Assembly: GCF_006345805.1 (NCBI RefSeq)
Contig: NC_043013.1
Span: forward strand, 25,420,001-25,484,000
Origin: Octopus sinensis
Taxonomy: Eukaryota
DNA: 64,000 nucleotides
Reading direction: 5' to 3'
Below are positions 63,956 to 64,000 of this stretch, piece by piece (within the stretch, counting starts at the first letter, position 1; each line of letters opens with the position of its first letter). The translations under genes and the position numbers were made by a program. Below the pieces are notes generated by a model. That model was not told where the DNA came from, did no database searches, and saw nothing but the letters and a program-made list of their open reading frames with translations.

Positions 63956-64000
63956 TCAACACAGAGTAAGGGAGAAAGAATCAGAGATTGAGGAGGAGGC

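Overview
Eukaryotic, AT-rich, microsatellite- and retroposon-dense genomic DNA. The repeat families and style suggest an octopus/coleoid cephalopod (inference). I reconstructed two convergent intron-rich genes by hand from GT-AG sites and reading-frame continuity. (1) On the + strand (about 5058-36457), a signal peptide-CUB-CUB-CUB-LDLa protein (NETO/LEV-10/MIG-13-like architecture). It has nine frame-consistent exons (484 codons); the expected transmembrane exon is disrupted. (2) On the - strand (60958-49793, 5' exons not found in the window), a LIV-1 subfamily zinc transporter (ZIP10/ZIP6/foi-like) with seven frame-consistent exons. The rest is mobile DNA: two near full-length decayed mariners in opposite orientation, a Tc1 element, R4/Dong-clade, RTE and CR1 LINE pieces, Penelope-like remnants, several tRNA-derived SINE families, and TA-, TTAA- and 6-bp-TSD MITEs. 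Most notable observations: a 117-bp spliceosomal-type intron inside the Tc1 transposase; three different minimal type I hammerhead-ribozyme-like folds, one duplicated in a 123-bp inverted repeat; a 5'-intact, 3'-truncated R4/Dong LINE fused tail-to-tail to a non-coding element sharing its first 36 nt; a Dong 3' fragment inside a roughly 1.9-kb (TAA)n field; and a candidate internal promoter (CArG box, paired MREs, splice donor) that could yield an ectodomain-less ZIP isoform. Nothing was computed or searched; family names come from motif recognition.
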